A stretch of DNA of 64,000 bases from Rhodosorus marinus CCMP1338 (Eukaryota > Plantae > Rhodophyta), in NCBI GenBank assembly GCA_029953675.1, contig JAMWBK010000002.1:930001-994000 (forward strand). Reading direction: 5' to 3'. This document shows positions 11,912-23,400 of this stretch, piece after piece. The notes beneath the pieces are model-generated. The model was not told where the DNA came from, searched no databases, and saw only the letters and a list, made by a program, of their open reading frames with translations. The position numbers were made by a program, and so were the translations under genes. The stretch's first letter is position 1. Every line of letters begins with the position of its first letter.

Positions 11912-14900
11912 ATGAGAGGTGGTGTGTCTTCGAGGTTGGCAGTGCTTTTCGCACTGTTGTTCACTGCAGGACTGGCTGTGAACTTCAACGATCCACAGTT
12001 CGAGCTCACGACCGTGGATTCAGATGTGTCGACCCCGATCGGAACGGTTTTCGTCCATGGCGATAAGGAGAAGTACCTTCTGTTGGAGCTTAGTGGTGTG
12101 GTGTGGTTGTATGTCAACAATGTGAAGCAGGAGCAACCGTTCTTAAATATTTCTTCACAGGTTGCCTTCTATGGTGCTCGGGGACTAAAATCCTGCACCT
12201 TTGACTACGATTTCGACAATTACCGGTACCTGTACTGCAGCTACGTGAACAAGCCGCCCCAAGGTGATGCCTCTAGTCCTACTACTGGAAGCGTGTCTCG
12301 ATTCGTCGTCAACAGCGCCTTCACCAAGGCGACATTCCAGAAGGTTATTCTTGGCACAGTCACCAGCTCTCCGGGATGTTTGAACACGACGTTGAATCCT
12401 ATCGAGGACGACGTTATTTGCATCGATCGAAACAAGCACAGCATGGGAGGTATGACGATGGACAAGGAAGGACACTTGTACGTGGCAATTGGCGACGACG
12501 GATCGAGTGCAGGTTTTATTCCGGAGCTCATGGTAGTGCAGGAGAATGGGTATTTGACTGGGAAAATTCTGAGGGTAGACCGGAACGGCAAGGGAGTGTC
12601 CGGGAACCCGTGGTTCACCTCTGGGGTTTCGAAGAACGAGAACATCGCGAAGCAGTGGAATCTGGGTATTCGAAACGCGTGGCGATTCCACTATTCTGAA
12701 GTTGATGACGTTGTGTACTCGATCAACGTGGGAGAAGCTTCTTGGGAGAGTCTGTACGCGCTGGAAAAGGGAAAGAATTTTGGATGGCCTTGTACCCAAG
12801 GACCTATATACGACTTGCCCATGATGAACTACACTGTCTGCCAAGAAATCCAGGACGGGAAAATCGAAGCTGGATTTAACTCGATCTGGGATTATGCGCA
12901 TTTCTTCGGGGAACCCGCGGGAACCTGTATTGTGGACGTGATGCAGAATACCAACCCTGATTGGCCGTCAGAGTACAGCAACTGGCTGTTCGTGGTTGAC
13001 TACGACAATGACTGGATCTACAGGCTGAAAGTGAACTCTACATTTGATATGGTGGAGGGGCCCATTGAGTTTGCCAGTGGGGTTGGTTCGATCGTGAATA
13101 TGCAGCCGCATCCGGATGGCTATGTCTACCTTACATCGTATAAGCTGAATACGCTTTACCGCATTGAGTACGTCGAGGATACGAGCCCGCCTGAGGTGGT
13201 TGAATTCGTTCCCTACGATGGAAGCACTGGGGCGCCAGTGAACCAAACGGTGGATGTGAGGTTCAGCTTGCCCATGGACTCGGATACTTTGGATGCCGCA
13301 ATTGAGCTCAGCGAGAAAGCAAGCGGGGAAACCGTTCCTGTAAAGATCAACTTTCGATACGAGCAACTCACGGCGAAAGTGGTACCAGAGTCAGTGTTGA
13401 AGGAAGACACGGAGTACGAAGTCAAAGTGACGAAAGCCTCGTCCGTAAACGGCGTTGATATGACGTCAACGTTTACCTCTACTTTCAGGACAAACGGATC
13501 TTACAACTTGGAGGTCTCTGACATGGAGATCAAAAAGTCTTCGCCCGAGGATATTACTCTGGACGAGCAGATCGGCGGGGCAGAGATTTCTATCCGGGGC
13601 ATCAAGTACGGAAAGGGAATTGGCTTCCCATCCGTTCCGTCGACGGTCAGAGTAGATATTCCGGACACCTGTAAGCATTTTCGGACTTCAATCGGAGTTG
13701 ACGATGTCGCTGGGTTCCCAATGACGGGAGCGATGAATTGTTTGGTGACAGTCACGAAAAATGGAGACCCCACGGTCGTTTATGAGACGCGGGATACGTT
13801 GCTGAGATATCTCGGCCAGGTAGGAGTGAATGAAGACGTCAGTGGGCAAAAGTTGGATCTGGAATGCATCCTGCCGAGCGCTGGTCCTTCCGACACTACC
13901 GTCGGCTCATGGGGTGATCCTCAACTCTTTTGCAACGGATATGACACAGACCCGGTAAAAGTTGTATCGATACTGCCAACCAGTGGAACCTTACCGTATG
14001 ATGATCCGACTTTCACGATCACGTTCGATAAGCAGATGAACCATAAGCATGCCTTCGATGCCATTTTCATTGAAACCCAGTCAGCAAACGTGACCGCGAC
14101 CAAGACGTTCAATGAGGACTCGACGGTGCTCAAAATCACAGTCAACCCTCCGTTGCTGACTAGCAACAACTACCAACTTTTCCTGAACGTGGGCGCTCGA
14201 GATGTGTACGGAAATCCACTTGCAGAAGCGCAAGAGATTATATTTAATATTGCGACGCCGGCTCCTGTTGGATCAACAGTGGATGCCACCGCTGTGGAGC
14301 CCGCCGACGTCAGCGGAAAGGGTGAACATGAGATATCCTCTGATTGCACAGTGCTGGACAAGGCCATGACCTATCCCAGGAACGAAAAAGGTTTTGGTGT
14401 CAGGGGAGAGGCGAAACTCAGGTTCACGCTGGACTCCTGTACCTCAGCCATTGTAGCATTCGGCAAAAGTGCAGCGCATGCCGATGGCCGGGAATGCGAC
14501 CTCCGCGTCAAAACTTCCGGCCTTGTAGCCAAGGATTTGTTCAATGACTCTGATCTAGCGAAGAGGATCACGATCGATTTGAAGGGCGAGAACACGTTGG
14601 AGTTTGTTAGCAAGTCGTCGCGCGCCACGTGTGTATTTGAGGTTGAATCGCTGGTATGCAACGGAGAGGAGGTGAACCTCTTCGATCTGTCGCTCGAGAG
14701 CCAGGAGGGCAAGTGGAAGGTGGACCGGACACCGGATGGAAGTGCGCTGCAGCTTTTCTTTTCCTCCGTGGAGATGGATACGTGCATCAAAGTGAATCCG
14801 GTGCAGAGGAATTTGCACTTCCAACTTGATGGTTTATGCTCCTCCGTGTCAGCGCAAGTTGGTGTGGAAGCGGAATCGGTCGGAAACGGAGACGTCAGGT

Positions 14901-15661
14901 TCAGAGTTGAGGGTGATGGAGAAACACTAAGTGGAGAGAAATGCAGACGGACGTTGAGCAAAACCGACGGCGTAAAGACGATAGAGTGCGACATCACGGA
15001 CAAGAAGGAGGTTGTTCTTCGCGTCGGAGCAGCGAATTCCGGTGTTGGGGAGGAGGTGGCTATCATTGGCGATCCAGTATTTGAGTGCGCATCCAACTTC
15101 GACAAGCCACGTTGCGTTATTACCAAGTTCCCAAGCACATTCACGGTTGGCGAGGAGCTGAAGTTCAGCGGAGTTGCCTACGGCAGTGCTGGGAAAGAGC
15201 TGCCGGAAACCAGCGTTGCATGGTTTATCAATCGACTCCACTGCACTCACGGCGATTGCACCAACCGAGCGGAAGCAACGATCACGGGCACGCTGGAGGG
15301 TAGTTGGATGGTTGATAACTATCAAGACTTTAGCCGGATCGAGATTGAATGTCGCGTGCTAGACAAGGGCGTTTATGCATCTTCGACTGTGCTCGTGGAG
15401 CCGGAGACTATTGAGATTAGCTTGGATACGGAGCCTTCAGGCCTCCCAATGTCATTTGGTGGGAAGGTTGGCCATCCAACTCCGTTCACGGAGCAGGTGG
15501 TCATTGGCACAACGCTTGGATTCGGTGGCCCGGAGGAATTGTCAACTGTTGGTAGGGAATTAGAATTCCGAAAGTGGCTTGACGATTCATCGGAACCTGC
15601 GTTCCGGACGCTGACCTTTACCGAAGATGTTGAGACTTCCTTCGTTGCCAGATACAGATAG
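11912..15661 (+). CDS. Secreted multidomain protein: glucose/sorbosone (PQQ-type) dehydrogenase beta-propeller, Big_5-like Ig domains, NPCBM/NEW2-like domains and a C-terminal Ig/PKD-like region; intronless, 1249 aa
   Basis: Signal-like LAVLFALLFTAGLA. GSDH motifs LYVAIGDDG, GKILRVD..G.GVSGNPW, GIRNAWRF and NVGEASWE..GKNFGWP. Ig-like PPEVVEFVP.DG..GAPVNQTV.VRFS.PMD. NPCBM-like SIRGIKYGKGIG...FRTSIGVDD. Confidence 0.85.
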   Translation: MRGGVSSRLAVLFALLFTAGLAVNFNDPQFELTTVDSDVSTPIGTVFVHGDKEKYLLLELSGVVWLYVNNVKQEQPFLNISSQVAFYGARGLKSCTFDYDFDNYRYLYCSYVNKPPQGDASSPTTGSVSRFVVNSAFTKATFQKVILGTVTSSPGCLNTTLNPIEDDVICIDRNKHSMGGMTMDKEGHLYVAIGDDGSSAGFIPELMVVQENGYLTGKILRVDRNGKGVSGNPWFTSGVSKNENIAKQWNLGIRNAWRFHYSEVDDVVYSINVGEASWESLYALEKGKNFGWPCTQGPIYDLPMMNYTVCQEIQDGKIEAGFNSIWDYAHFFGEPAGTCIVDVMQNTNPDWPSEYSNWLFVVDYDNDWIYRLKVNSTFDMVEGPIEFASGVGSIVNMQPHPDGYVYLTSYKLNTLYRIEYVEDTSPPEVVEFVPYDGSTGAPVNQTVDVRFSLPMDSDTLDAAIELSEKASGETVPVKINFRYEQLTAKVVPESVLKEDTEYEVKVTKASSVNGVDMTSTFTSTFRTNGSYNLEVSDMEIKKSSPEDITLDEQIGGAEISIRGIKYGKGIGFPSVPSTVRVDIPDTCKHFRTSIGVDDVAGFPMTGAMNCLVTVTKNGDPTVVYETRDTLLRYLGQVGVNEDVSGQKLDLECILPSAGPSDTTVGSWGDPQLFCNGYDTDPVKVVSILPTSGTLPYDDPTFTITFDKQMNHKHAFDAIFIETQSANVTATKTFNEDSTVLKITVNPPLLTSNNYQLFLNVGARDVYGNPLAEAQEIIFNIATPAPVGSTVDATAVEPADVSGKGEHEISSDCTVLDKAMTYPRNEKGFGVRGEAKLRFTLDSCTSAIVAFGKSAAHADGRECDLRVKTSGLVAKDLFNDSDLAKRITIDLKGENTLEFVSKSSRATCVFEVESLVCNGEEVNLFDLSLESQEGKWKVDRTPDGSALQLFFSSVEMDTCIKVNPVQRNLHFQLDGLCSSVSAQVGVEAESVGNGDVRFRVEGDGETLSGEKCRRTLSKTDGVKTIECDITDKKEVVLRVGAANSGVGEEVAIIGDPVFECASNFDKPRCVITKFPSTFTVGEELKFSGVAYGSAGKELPETSVAWFINRLHCTHGDCTNRAEATITGTLEGSWMVDNYQDFSRIEIECRVLDKGVYASSTVLVEPETIEISLDTEPSGLPMSFGGKVGHPTPFTEQVVIGTTLGFGGPEELSTVGRELEFRKWLDDSSEPAFRTLTFTEDVETSFVARYR

Positions 15662-16119
15662 ATACTCTCTATAGAGCATTTTTAAGGTTAAGGGTTAAGC
15701 GCAGTAGCTTGCTGCGAGGACTCACAGCTTTCTGTATCGACACAGCCTGTAGCTGGATGCCCGAAGTCCCTGCACTCGATAAAACTAAATATTGACTGAT
15801 CGTACCATACCTCTGCCATCCTTGCCTTGCTTTCCCGTATCACGGGTTTCAACGACCCTGAACCCCCGCAAGCGACTGCACCATCGCGAAAATTGGTGTT
15901 ATGTCGAGCGAAAACTCCCTCTACCGACGTGATGCGTTGTTGGGCATATATCCCAATAGCCGCAGCTTTCCCTATATCTGCACTGTTCATTCTTGAAGGC
16001 TTGCATTACTATTTCACAACTAGAACGCCGTCTGCAGAACTTGCGGAACGTCAACGCTTGCCGCTGCTAATCAAGTACAGAAAGAGATTCCGTCGGCGTG
16101 AAGAATTGCAAGCTAGAAT

Positions 16120-16280
16120 AAGTCGCGAACGCCCGGACCGGCTTCAATCTTTGTTTACTCGCATGAGTTTCTTGCTGTGGCGTATGAACGCTGCGTTGTT
16201 ATTGGAGGCCCGCGACCTTCGCGGGGCTTAGTCTTTTTTCCCCTCGGTTTTTTTTTTTTTTGGCCTCCGATTAAATCATT
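16120..16280 (+). mobile_element. Short 3' end of RLE family D, tail-to-tail with family A
   Basis: RERPDRLQSLFTRMSFLLWRMNAALLLEAR and 3' UTR match the 35150-35755 copy. Confidence 0.85.
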
Positions 16281-17545
16281 CCTTTATTGGCTTTATTGGC
16301 TTTATTGGCTTTTTTTGACTTTGGCTTTATTAGCATAGCCTGAGGCGCTACGCATGGAGAGAAAAGCAACTAAGAACTAGGTAGGGAAGCTTGCAACCCG
16401 AGACGCCGGTGGCGCGCCTCGGCAAGCATGTGGCTGAAATATCGCCACAAGGAGACACTCAAACGCCGCAAGAGCATCAAGTATTCAGTAGGATGCTCAG
16501 CAAAACATTTCCGCAGCCATTCCAGACCCGACTTGTCCACATGACAAAAGCTTTCCACAATAAACGGCTGGAACCGGTGAGCGCGACCCTCTGCACAAGG
16601 TAGACTTCATTACCGAAACTACTGGCCATCTTGAGCACAAAGCGGACGCGCAAACGCTCGTACGCGTGGACCTCAATCGAGAGCTATGGCGTGGTACGGC
16701 TCGCTTAGCGATCCATGCCATGCGCAAAGATAATCATGTTCGGACGATGTTCCCTATAGAAAGTAGTCTTCTACCCCACTCTGGGGTCTCCTTAGCGTAG
16801 CCCCTCCTGTTCTCCCCTAGTCTCCCTAGCGCTACATTCGGTAGTTGGAATAAATGAACAAGGTAGACTGGCCATGCTCTCGGCATACTGTCGTTCTTTC
16901 ACCCGACGAACGACTGAAGCGGCTGCACCCCGGCGGCGGCCGGCGGCGGACGGCAGCGGTGAGGTGGGCGCTGGCCACAGGGCAAGTAATCGCGAGGTCC
17001 ACATATGCTGAGCGCCTGGCGGCAGCGTCTGAGACGAGAAAATCAGCGATACAGCGAGGCGGAGTGGTGTCCGAGACTGATCGGGGCAGTTCCGACTCAA
17101 CCTCGACCGTATGCCCTACCCGAGTCAGACATTCGCTGAGGATGTACTTGAGGCGAGTGTGACGCCTCGTACGGAGACCTCTCAACAGTCCGCAGGAACC
17201 CAAGAAGTGGTAGCCACAAGCGTCAATCCGACTCTCACATCCCTGACAGAAAGACGGCCGATTAGAGTGCCACGGAGCCTGTGGCAAACCTAGATAGACC
17301 CGGGCGGCAGAACGGAACTGGAAGGCATCGAGACGGTGACCTGGTGAAGACGGTAGAGTGGTTAACCACAATTACGAGAGGTGGCCGCCCATACCGCGGA
17401 GGCGAGCGGCGGTGGTAGGTGGCGTGAGGGGAGAAGTGAGCAAGATTGAGTGAGCGGCACTGTGTTGGCCCCATGCGAGGCTACGTTGAATCACATCAGT
17501 GCGGGAGCTCCACAATCGGCTCAAGCCCGGGTAATCTGTAGGCTG
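16281..17545 (-). mobile_element. 5'-truncated family A element (Zn knuckle plus RLE), interrupted by a family B insertion; (AATAAAGCC)n tail
   Basis: Near-identical to 43650-44600. CQGC..RIDACGYHFLGSC, IADFLVSD and VDLAITCP motifs. Confidence 0.92.
16607..16857 (+). mobile_element. ~250-bp 5'-truncated family B insertion with 12-bp target-site duplication
   Basis: Matches the B 3' end (25290-25544). ACAAGGTAGACT flanks it at 16595-16606 and 16858-16869. Confidence 0.92.
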
Positions 17546-18480
17546 GCATGTGACGACATGAAGTCCACGTGAGCAATGTATTAGGGCGGGATCCCTAGCG
17601 CACGGCAGAGGACAGCAGTGAAGTCCGAGGGGGCCACATCATCCTGTCATGGTGGGCGCACGTTTCGGAGTGTAACAAGGACCGGTGTGGTCTCGGGTCC
17701 CCAGGCAGAGCCCCCGACAGTGGCGTGCAATTGCCTCAGGGCGGCTAGCTGTGTCTGGGGCCCCGGTCATCCGACAGGTCGAAACGGAGTCTCGGATCCA
17801 CGAACTGGGGTCTGGTGGACCGCACGCTCAGCATATGCTGGCCGCGGAGCCCTGCTGTCGAGGACCGGGAAAAGGCCTGGGCATAGTCCACTGAGGGAGT
17901 GACACCTGTCGCATCGGAATGTTGATTGATGGTCTCCTGGTGATTGATCGTTGCTTCTTGTTGATTGATGTGGTGCTGTCCGTGCCCAGGGGGATTGTTG
18001 AAACTGGGCTCTGGCATCACTCTACCACAGATGAGGGGAGTCGGCCAGTTGGTACAGATGACTCGTTACGCCTTTGAGATCTTTGGTGCTCCCAAGCCGA
18101 GAATACAGTTTGAACGTGGCCTTGTAAAATTCCGCTGTATCTCCTTCCGCTATGCCAACGGCCTGGCAGAACTGGTCACATGCACGGAGCTGTTGCAGAA
18201 ACACAGCAGCTGGGTCTGCGGCAGCAGGAACTTCATCAGGGCTAGTCGGCAGAGCCCTGGGGCCCGATGGTTGTACGTTTTCCGCTTCCATGGGAATTTC
18301 AGTGTCCGTTGTAGTCTCGTTTAGATCAGTTTCTCCCGTCATCCGAGGTCCCGCTTCACGTGGGAGCGGGAGCAAAAGAGGCTCAGGGAACGGTTCGCGT
18401 ACCTGCCTCACTAGCATAATAATCTTACAAACTTACTTGTGAGCCTTATCCAATTCTTTCACTTATCACCCCAGACTAAC
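17546..18480 (-). mobile_element. 5' portion (UTR plus ORF1) of family C element
   Basis: MLVRQVREPFPEPLLL... matches 19920-20372. Downstream RQLHATVGG and ALGIP..IAHVDFMSSH are homologous to family B ORF1. Confidence 0.8.
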
Positions 18481-18639
18481 CGTTCCCACACCAACTACCC
18501 CAGAACAACCCAAAAAAACCCATTTTCCGATTTCTAGAACCTGGTAAAACGGGGAGAAAGGCAGCAGAAAGATGCGCCTCCCACCGAAAAGCAAATTTGC
18601 ACAGTAAAACCCGCCAAAAGAAGCCTAACGTAACCCCAG

Positions 18640-20455
18640 ATACCCCAGACGTAACCGGAAGCTTTCCTGGGCAGCTGCCTACTGCAGCGTAACACTACTC
18701 CTAACACTATCTAGGGAATGGCTTACCAGAACCCCGCTACCGGGGTCTCATGCTACGTTGAAAAGAAAATACAGGCACCAGCGGATTATCCAACTGGTCC
18801 ACACGCAGCGCGCCTAATGCTACCGCCGCGTTCCCTCGCCAAAGATGTCGGTTCAGCTGCGCCCGTACGCCGCTCAACTCCTCGCTGTGATGCAAGAGGT
18901 GCTTGCAACTATCCCGGAGAAACTCTTGTGTCATGATCCCAGTCCGCCCGAACGTCTCGATCGCAATCGGGATGAACTTGTCATCCGGTTTCTCGGCCGC
19001 CATCGCTTCCCTGTAATGTGCAGTCTTCCAGTTCTCAGCGATCTTCGCCGCGTAGCCGTTCTCTTCTTGACTACGCCGCAAGTACTTTCCTTGCAGTGGG
19101 GAAACCACCGTTATATCCAACGCGTACCTTTGCCTTGTCCGTGGATGTGTAGCTATAATATCAGGGCGCAGTCCGTAGTTCTCAAAATACCTCGTTGGTT
19201 CTTGTTCCACGTCTATAAAGTTCCATCGACTCAGCCACCGTGCCACTTCCCCACAGATCTCGTCGTGCCTCCGTTGCCAAAGTCCTGTAGACGTAGGACA
19301 GTGGTGAAACCTTTGGACCCCAGTAGGTCCGTGTCGGCTACGGCAACTCGTGCAGTTTTCAGTGGTTCGCAAACCCGGGATTGGTAGGCCCAGCAGTATA
19401 CGTACGTTCATCTGCATCTCCGCGGCGTTCAACTTCTTCGGCGTCAGCGTCGGTATTTCGCGCAGCCACACTCCCGATCCAGACCCCGCGGCTGACCGTA
19501 TTCGGGCGCGGTTCTCAGGAGACAATCGCAGATTGCTGACTAAGCGCTGGAATGCATAATGGTGTACCTCTCGTGAGAGGGATTGTTGAACGGAACCATT
19601 ATTCCAGGCTGCTGCCTCGTCTGCCTTGTCTCCAGGTGCGGTGGCTTGCGGTGGTTGCAGAGTAGTCAGTCTTAGGATCCGGGGCGGGGTGTCTGGTCCG
19701 AGACTTCGTCGTATTGCGGAGGTCGATTCATGGATCTGGTCCGCCAGCTGTGCAGTCGACCAGGGTAGCTCTGTCGAGGCCGATGTCTGTGACCTGCGGT
19801 CTGCCAAAACCTCCTGCTCGAGCTCAGTGAGGTATGGCCAGTCACCGTGGTTGCTGCGGAAACCGTGAACGCTTTACTCAAGAACTCCCTAGTGGAGCCC
19901 TGGGGAAGAGGACCCCAGTTTAACCCCAGACTGCTGCGTGCCCAGAAGGGGCCGAAGTAGTGGCTCCGCCTTGCCACATGTGCGGTTTCTTGGATAACTC
20001 TGTTAGACGTCTCGTGACACCTCGTAGCTCTGCTGTGCTGTTGATCCTCGAGTAAAGTTGAAATACTGCTTCATAGAACTTATCGACGTCTGACACAGCT
20101 ATGTCCAGGTCTTGGTAGCACCTGTCATAGCTGCGCTGCTTCTTGAGAAAGCTGGAGGCTGGATCATTAGCGGCAGTCGGCGGAGCCCTGAGCCCCGGTG
20201 GTTGTACTTCGTCCTCTTCCATGGTCCTTGCAGCGTGCGTAGTCATTTCATCTTGCGCACCTGTTGTAGTCTCGCGTAGAACAGCTTCTCCCATCGTCGG
20301 AGCTCCCGCTTCACGTGGGAGCGGGAGCAAAAGAGGCTCAGGGAACGGTCCGCGTACCTGCCTCACTAGCATAATAATCTTACAAACTTATTTTTGAACC
20401 TTATCCAATTCTTTCACGTATAACCAAACCGCAGAACCCCAGACTAAAGTAACTG
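18640..20455 (-). mobile_element. Internally deleted family C element: 5' ORF1 piece joined to Zn-knuckle/RLE C-terminus, no RT
   Basis: The 356-codon frame has CTSC..HHC, RRHDEI, LRPDII, LDITVVSP, ENWKTAHY and FIPIAIETFG. No RT motifs lie between the ORF1 start and this frame. Confidence 0.85.
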
Positions 20456-20499
20456 TAAGCTTTATTGGCTAACCCTGGGAAAAAAATCAGGAAAACGCG

Positions 20500-23400
20500 A
20501 AAGTTGAGGTGGTGACAATCAACAGGTTCCACTGGCTCGGAAACGTTGCCTGTAAGGCAGGGCTCCTAGTTGGAAAAAGAAGGTGGAATTTTGCTTGGTA
20601 TCCGAGACGCACAAGTCGTTTTGCACGTTGTACACGAGAAGAAGATCGGGCCGCGATGGATATTGGGCAAGGAGAGCCCCCGGGCCCCGAAAACCTTACT
20701 ACGGAGAGCTCTACGACAACTACAAAAGGAAAAGTTGCGGACGGAGGTCCGCCAAACGGGCAGCCGATGGCCGCGGTACCAGTGCCACTCTCTTCAAACC
20801 AGAGCGGGAATCTAGCGCCTTCTACAACAAATGGGGACTGTTTTGACTCCAAAACCTTCCTCGCCCGATGTTCCGCCATGACCACCGCGTACCTGCAACT
20901 GGAGACCCCGCAAGCCGAGATCAGTCGGTTCTTCCACCTTGTGGAAGAACTGTACACTCACGCAACTCGGAAGGAGGAGTTGCAGACCCTGAACTCACGA
21001 CTTCAAGAGTTATGCCAGATGCCCAACCGCAATGCCCAGCGCCCACGCCCGAGTATGCCCGGCAACCCCCGCCCTGCCCCAACGCCTACGGCCGCCGGCG
21101 TGAGATTCGCCTCGAGATTCGACAATCAACACACCGATAATGACTGCCCTGCCAATCAACTTTCTGATTCTGAGTTTCCGCCTCTGCGTGCTGAGGGGCC
21201 TCAGCTGCGTCGTGTGCCCGGCAGCTACGCTCACGCGGTTCGCGCTACTACCCCTGTGCTTCCTGTGCGTCGTGCTACCGTTTACTCACCCGCAAATGAC
21301 CTTACGCAGCAGCAAGGTCTGAGGCACTTGCACGCAGCGGTCGGTGCTACTACATGGACACTTGATACAGCACCAGTCCTCGGCACATTTACCAACCTCC
21401 GGCCCCCCCGAGCTCATCCAACGTCACCACGGGACCTGTCAGCATATCTCGCGAGAGCACTTGGGATGAACTCCCAACAACTCGTGCATGTGGACTACAT
21501 ATCCTCACACGTATTTGCAGTTCTCCATCCTGATGTTGTTCCACTGGTGCAGAGTGCCATAGACAGGGGTGTATTTCGCAAAGGCATGTTCGCTGCCTTC
21601 GCCACACGCCCGGAACAGTACCAGATCAAGTTTGATACTACTCGGACCCCGAAAGGCTCTCTCCTGGTCGGCTTCACTGAGAGCCGCGGTTTGACAGAGC
21701 AGGAGTACTCGACATTTGTGTTGCGACGCGCGGACGAACAAATGGAGAGATTGCGGAGTCAGATTTCCAGGAGACCAGTCGGATTCCGGATCATGAACCT
21801 CGTTTTCCAGGCTATCGATGATCGTATAGAGTGTTTACAAAGCTTGGAAAAGCCTATCCATACACCACGGTCTGTTGGCGATGCCGCTGGGAACGGGAGA
21901 AAGGAGCCCGCTGAGTCCCCCGCTTCGAACCTGGCTACGGCGGACGATTCCTCGCAGGGTTTGGATGCTCAGGTCTCGGCCACGGTCTGTTGGCAATGCC
22001 GCTGGGAACGGGAGAAAGGAGCCCGCTGAGTCCCCCGCTTCGAACCTGGCTACGGCGGACGATTCCTCGCAGGTTTTGGATGCTCAGGTCTCGGCCACGA
22101 GTTCGCACGAAGGGCCACTAGACAACACCCCGGAAGTTCGCCAAAGCGACTCTCCAACAACACCGCCTCACCGACCCTCTTCATCGTCACAGTCCAACCA
22201 TGAGGCAATGGACCTTGACTCCGCAAGTGCACCCGAACATGAGGCGGGCAGGCAGCTAACCGCAGCCGAGGGCGAGAGTCAGCAAAGCAAGAAACCCCGC
22301 GTTGAGACAGCTGAACAAGAGGACCCCTCTCCTCAAGCATGACGGGGCGTCGTCCGAGTTCTAATCCTCGCTCGCGTAAGAGACTCCGCCAACCCCAGTT
22401 GTTCTACATGGACGTGGACCGCTGGATTACTCGGCTTGACATGTTCCTGCAAAACCTCACTGAAAATGGTACCATTTGGTGGGCTCTGACTCACTCTCCC
22501 ACGAATACGCGAGAACACGTCCCTTCGGGACAAGTCCCAGCATGGAGCGCGCTGTTCAACTATGCCCTGGAACTAGCCCTGGATGACAGCGCCCCGGACC
22601 TGCGCCGCCTGCTCGTCCAGGTACTGCCTAGTTTGATGCTAGGCTACGCTCGCGATCTCAACCCGCCCGCCCAACTTGAGATGCTGCTTGAAGGTGACTT
22701 CGAATCCCTATGGGGTGCCCTTTCTGCCACGCGGCCGGGCCCAAATGCCGCTTCTTCTGGAACTCGTATCCCGCGCTCGTCGTTTTCCTGCCGTCATGTA
22801 CTCCATGAGGCGAAACATCGTCTCTCTCCCACGCAGCGCAGCACATTCTTTCGACTCCCCTCGCCCCCAGAACTCCGCAAACCTGGAAGGCCCTCGAAGA
22901 TCTGTTCCCGGACGTTCCCGACGCGGTCCTGCACCCCCAACTCGAAGAGTGTTTGTCTGCAAGGCTCACTGACCCTGCACCTCTACAAAGCCCTCAGTGG
23001 AACGCGCGTACCGCCTCGGATGAATCGCTCCTTGCCCTTCTCCAACGGCTTCCCGCGGGTATAAGCCCAGGCCCGAGTGGACTTCGTGTGGAACACCTGC
23101 AGGCTCTCGAACAACATGTACGCCCAGCTCTGGTCCGGTTTCTTCGCACGATTAGCACGGAACCTGAGAATTTGCCCGAGATCCTACTTCAAAGTATACG
23201 GAGTAGTCGCCTTGTACCTCTGGCTAAGAACCCCAACTCGGAGTCGGTGCCGTCTTCACCCCGCCTCCGCCCAATCGGTATTCCCGAGGTGCTACGTAAC
23301 GTTGCTTCGCAGTGGGTCCTACAACACGTCGTGCCCCGCGCTCGCGATTTTCTGCTGCCCACTCAGCTCGGTGTTGGAGTCTCCGGGGGCAGTGAAGCAG

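Noticed and set aside
12185-15325. Long antisense ORFs (238, 257 and 132 aa) opposite the dehydrogenase gene
   Set aside because: Shadow frames of a long GC-balanced CDS with no motifs
15688-15990. 100-aa minus ORF convergent with the dehydrogenase gene
   Set aside because: No recognisable motif, an in-frame stop just upstream, and no supported splice structure
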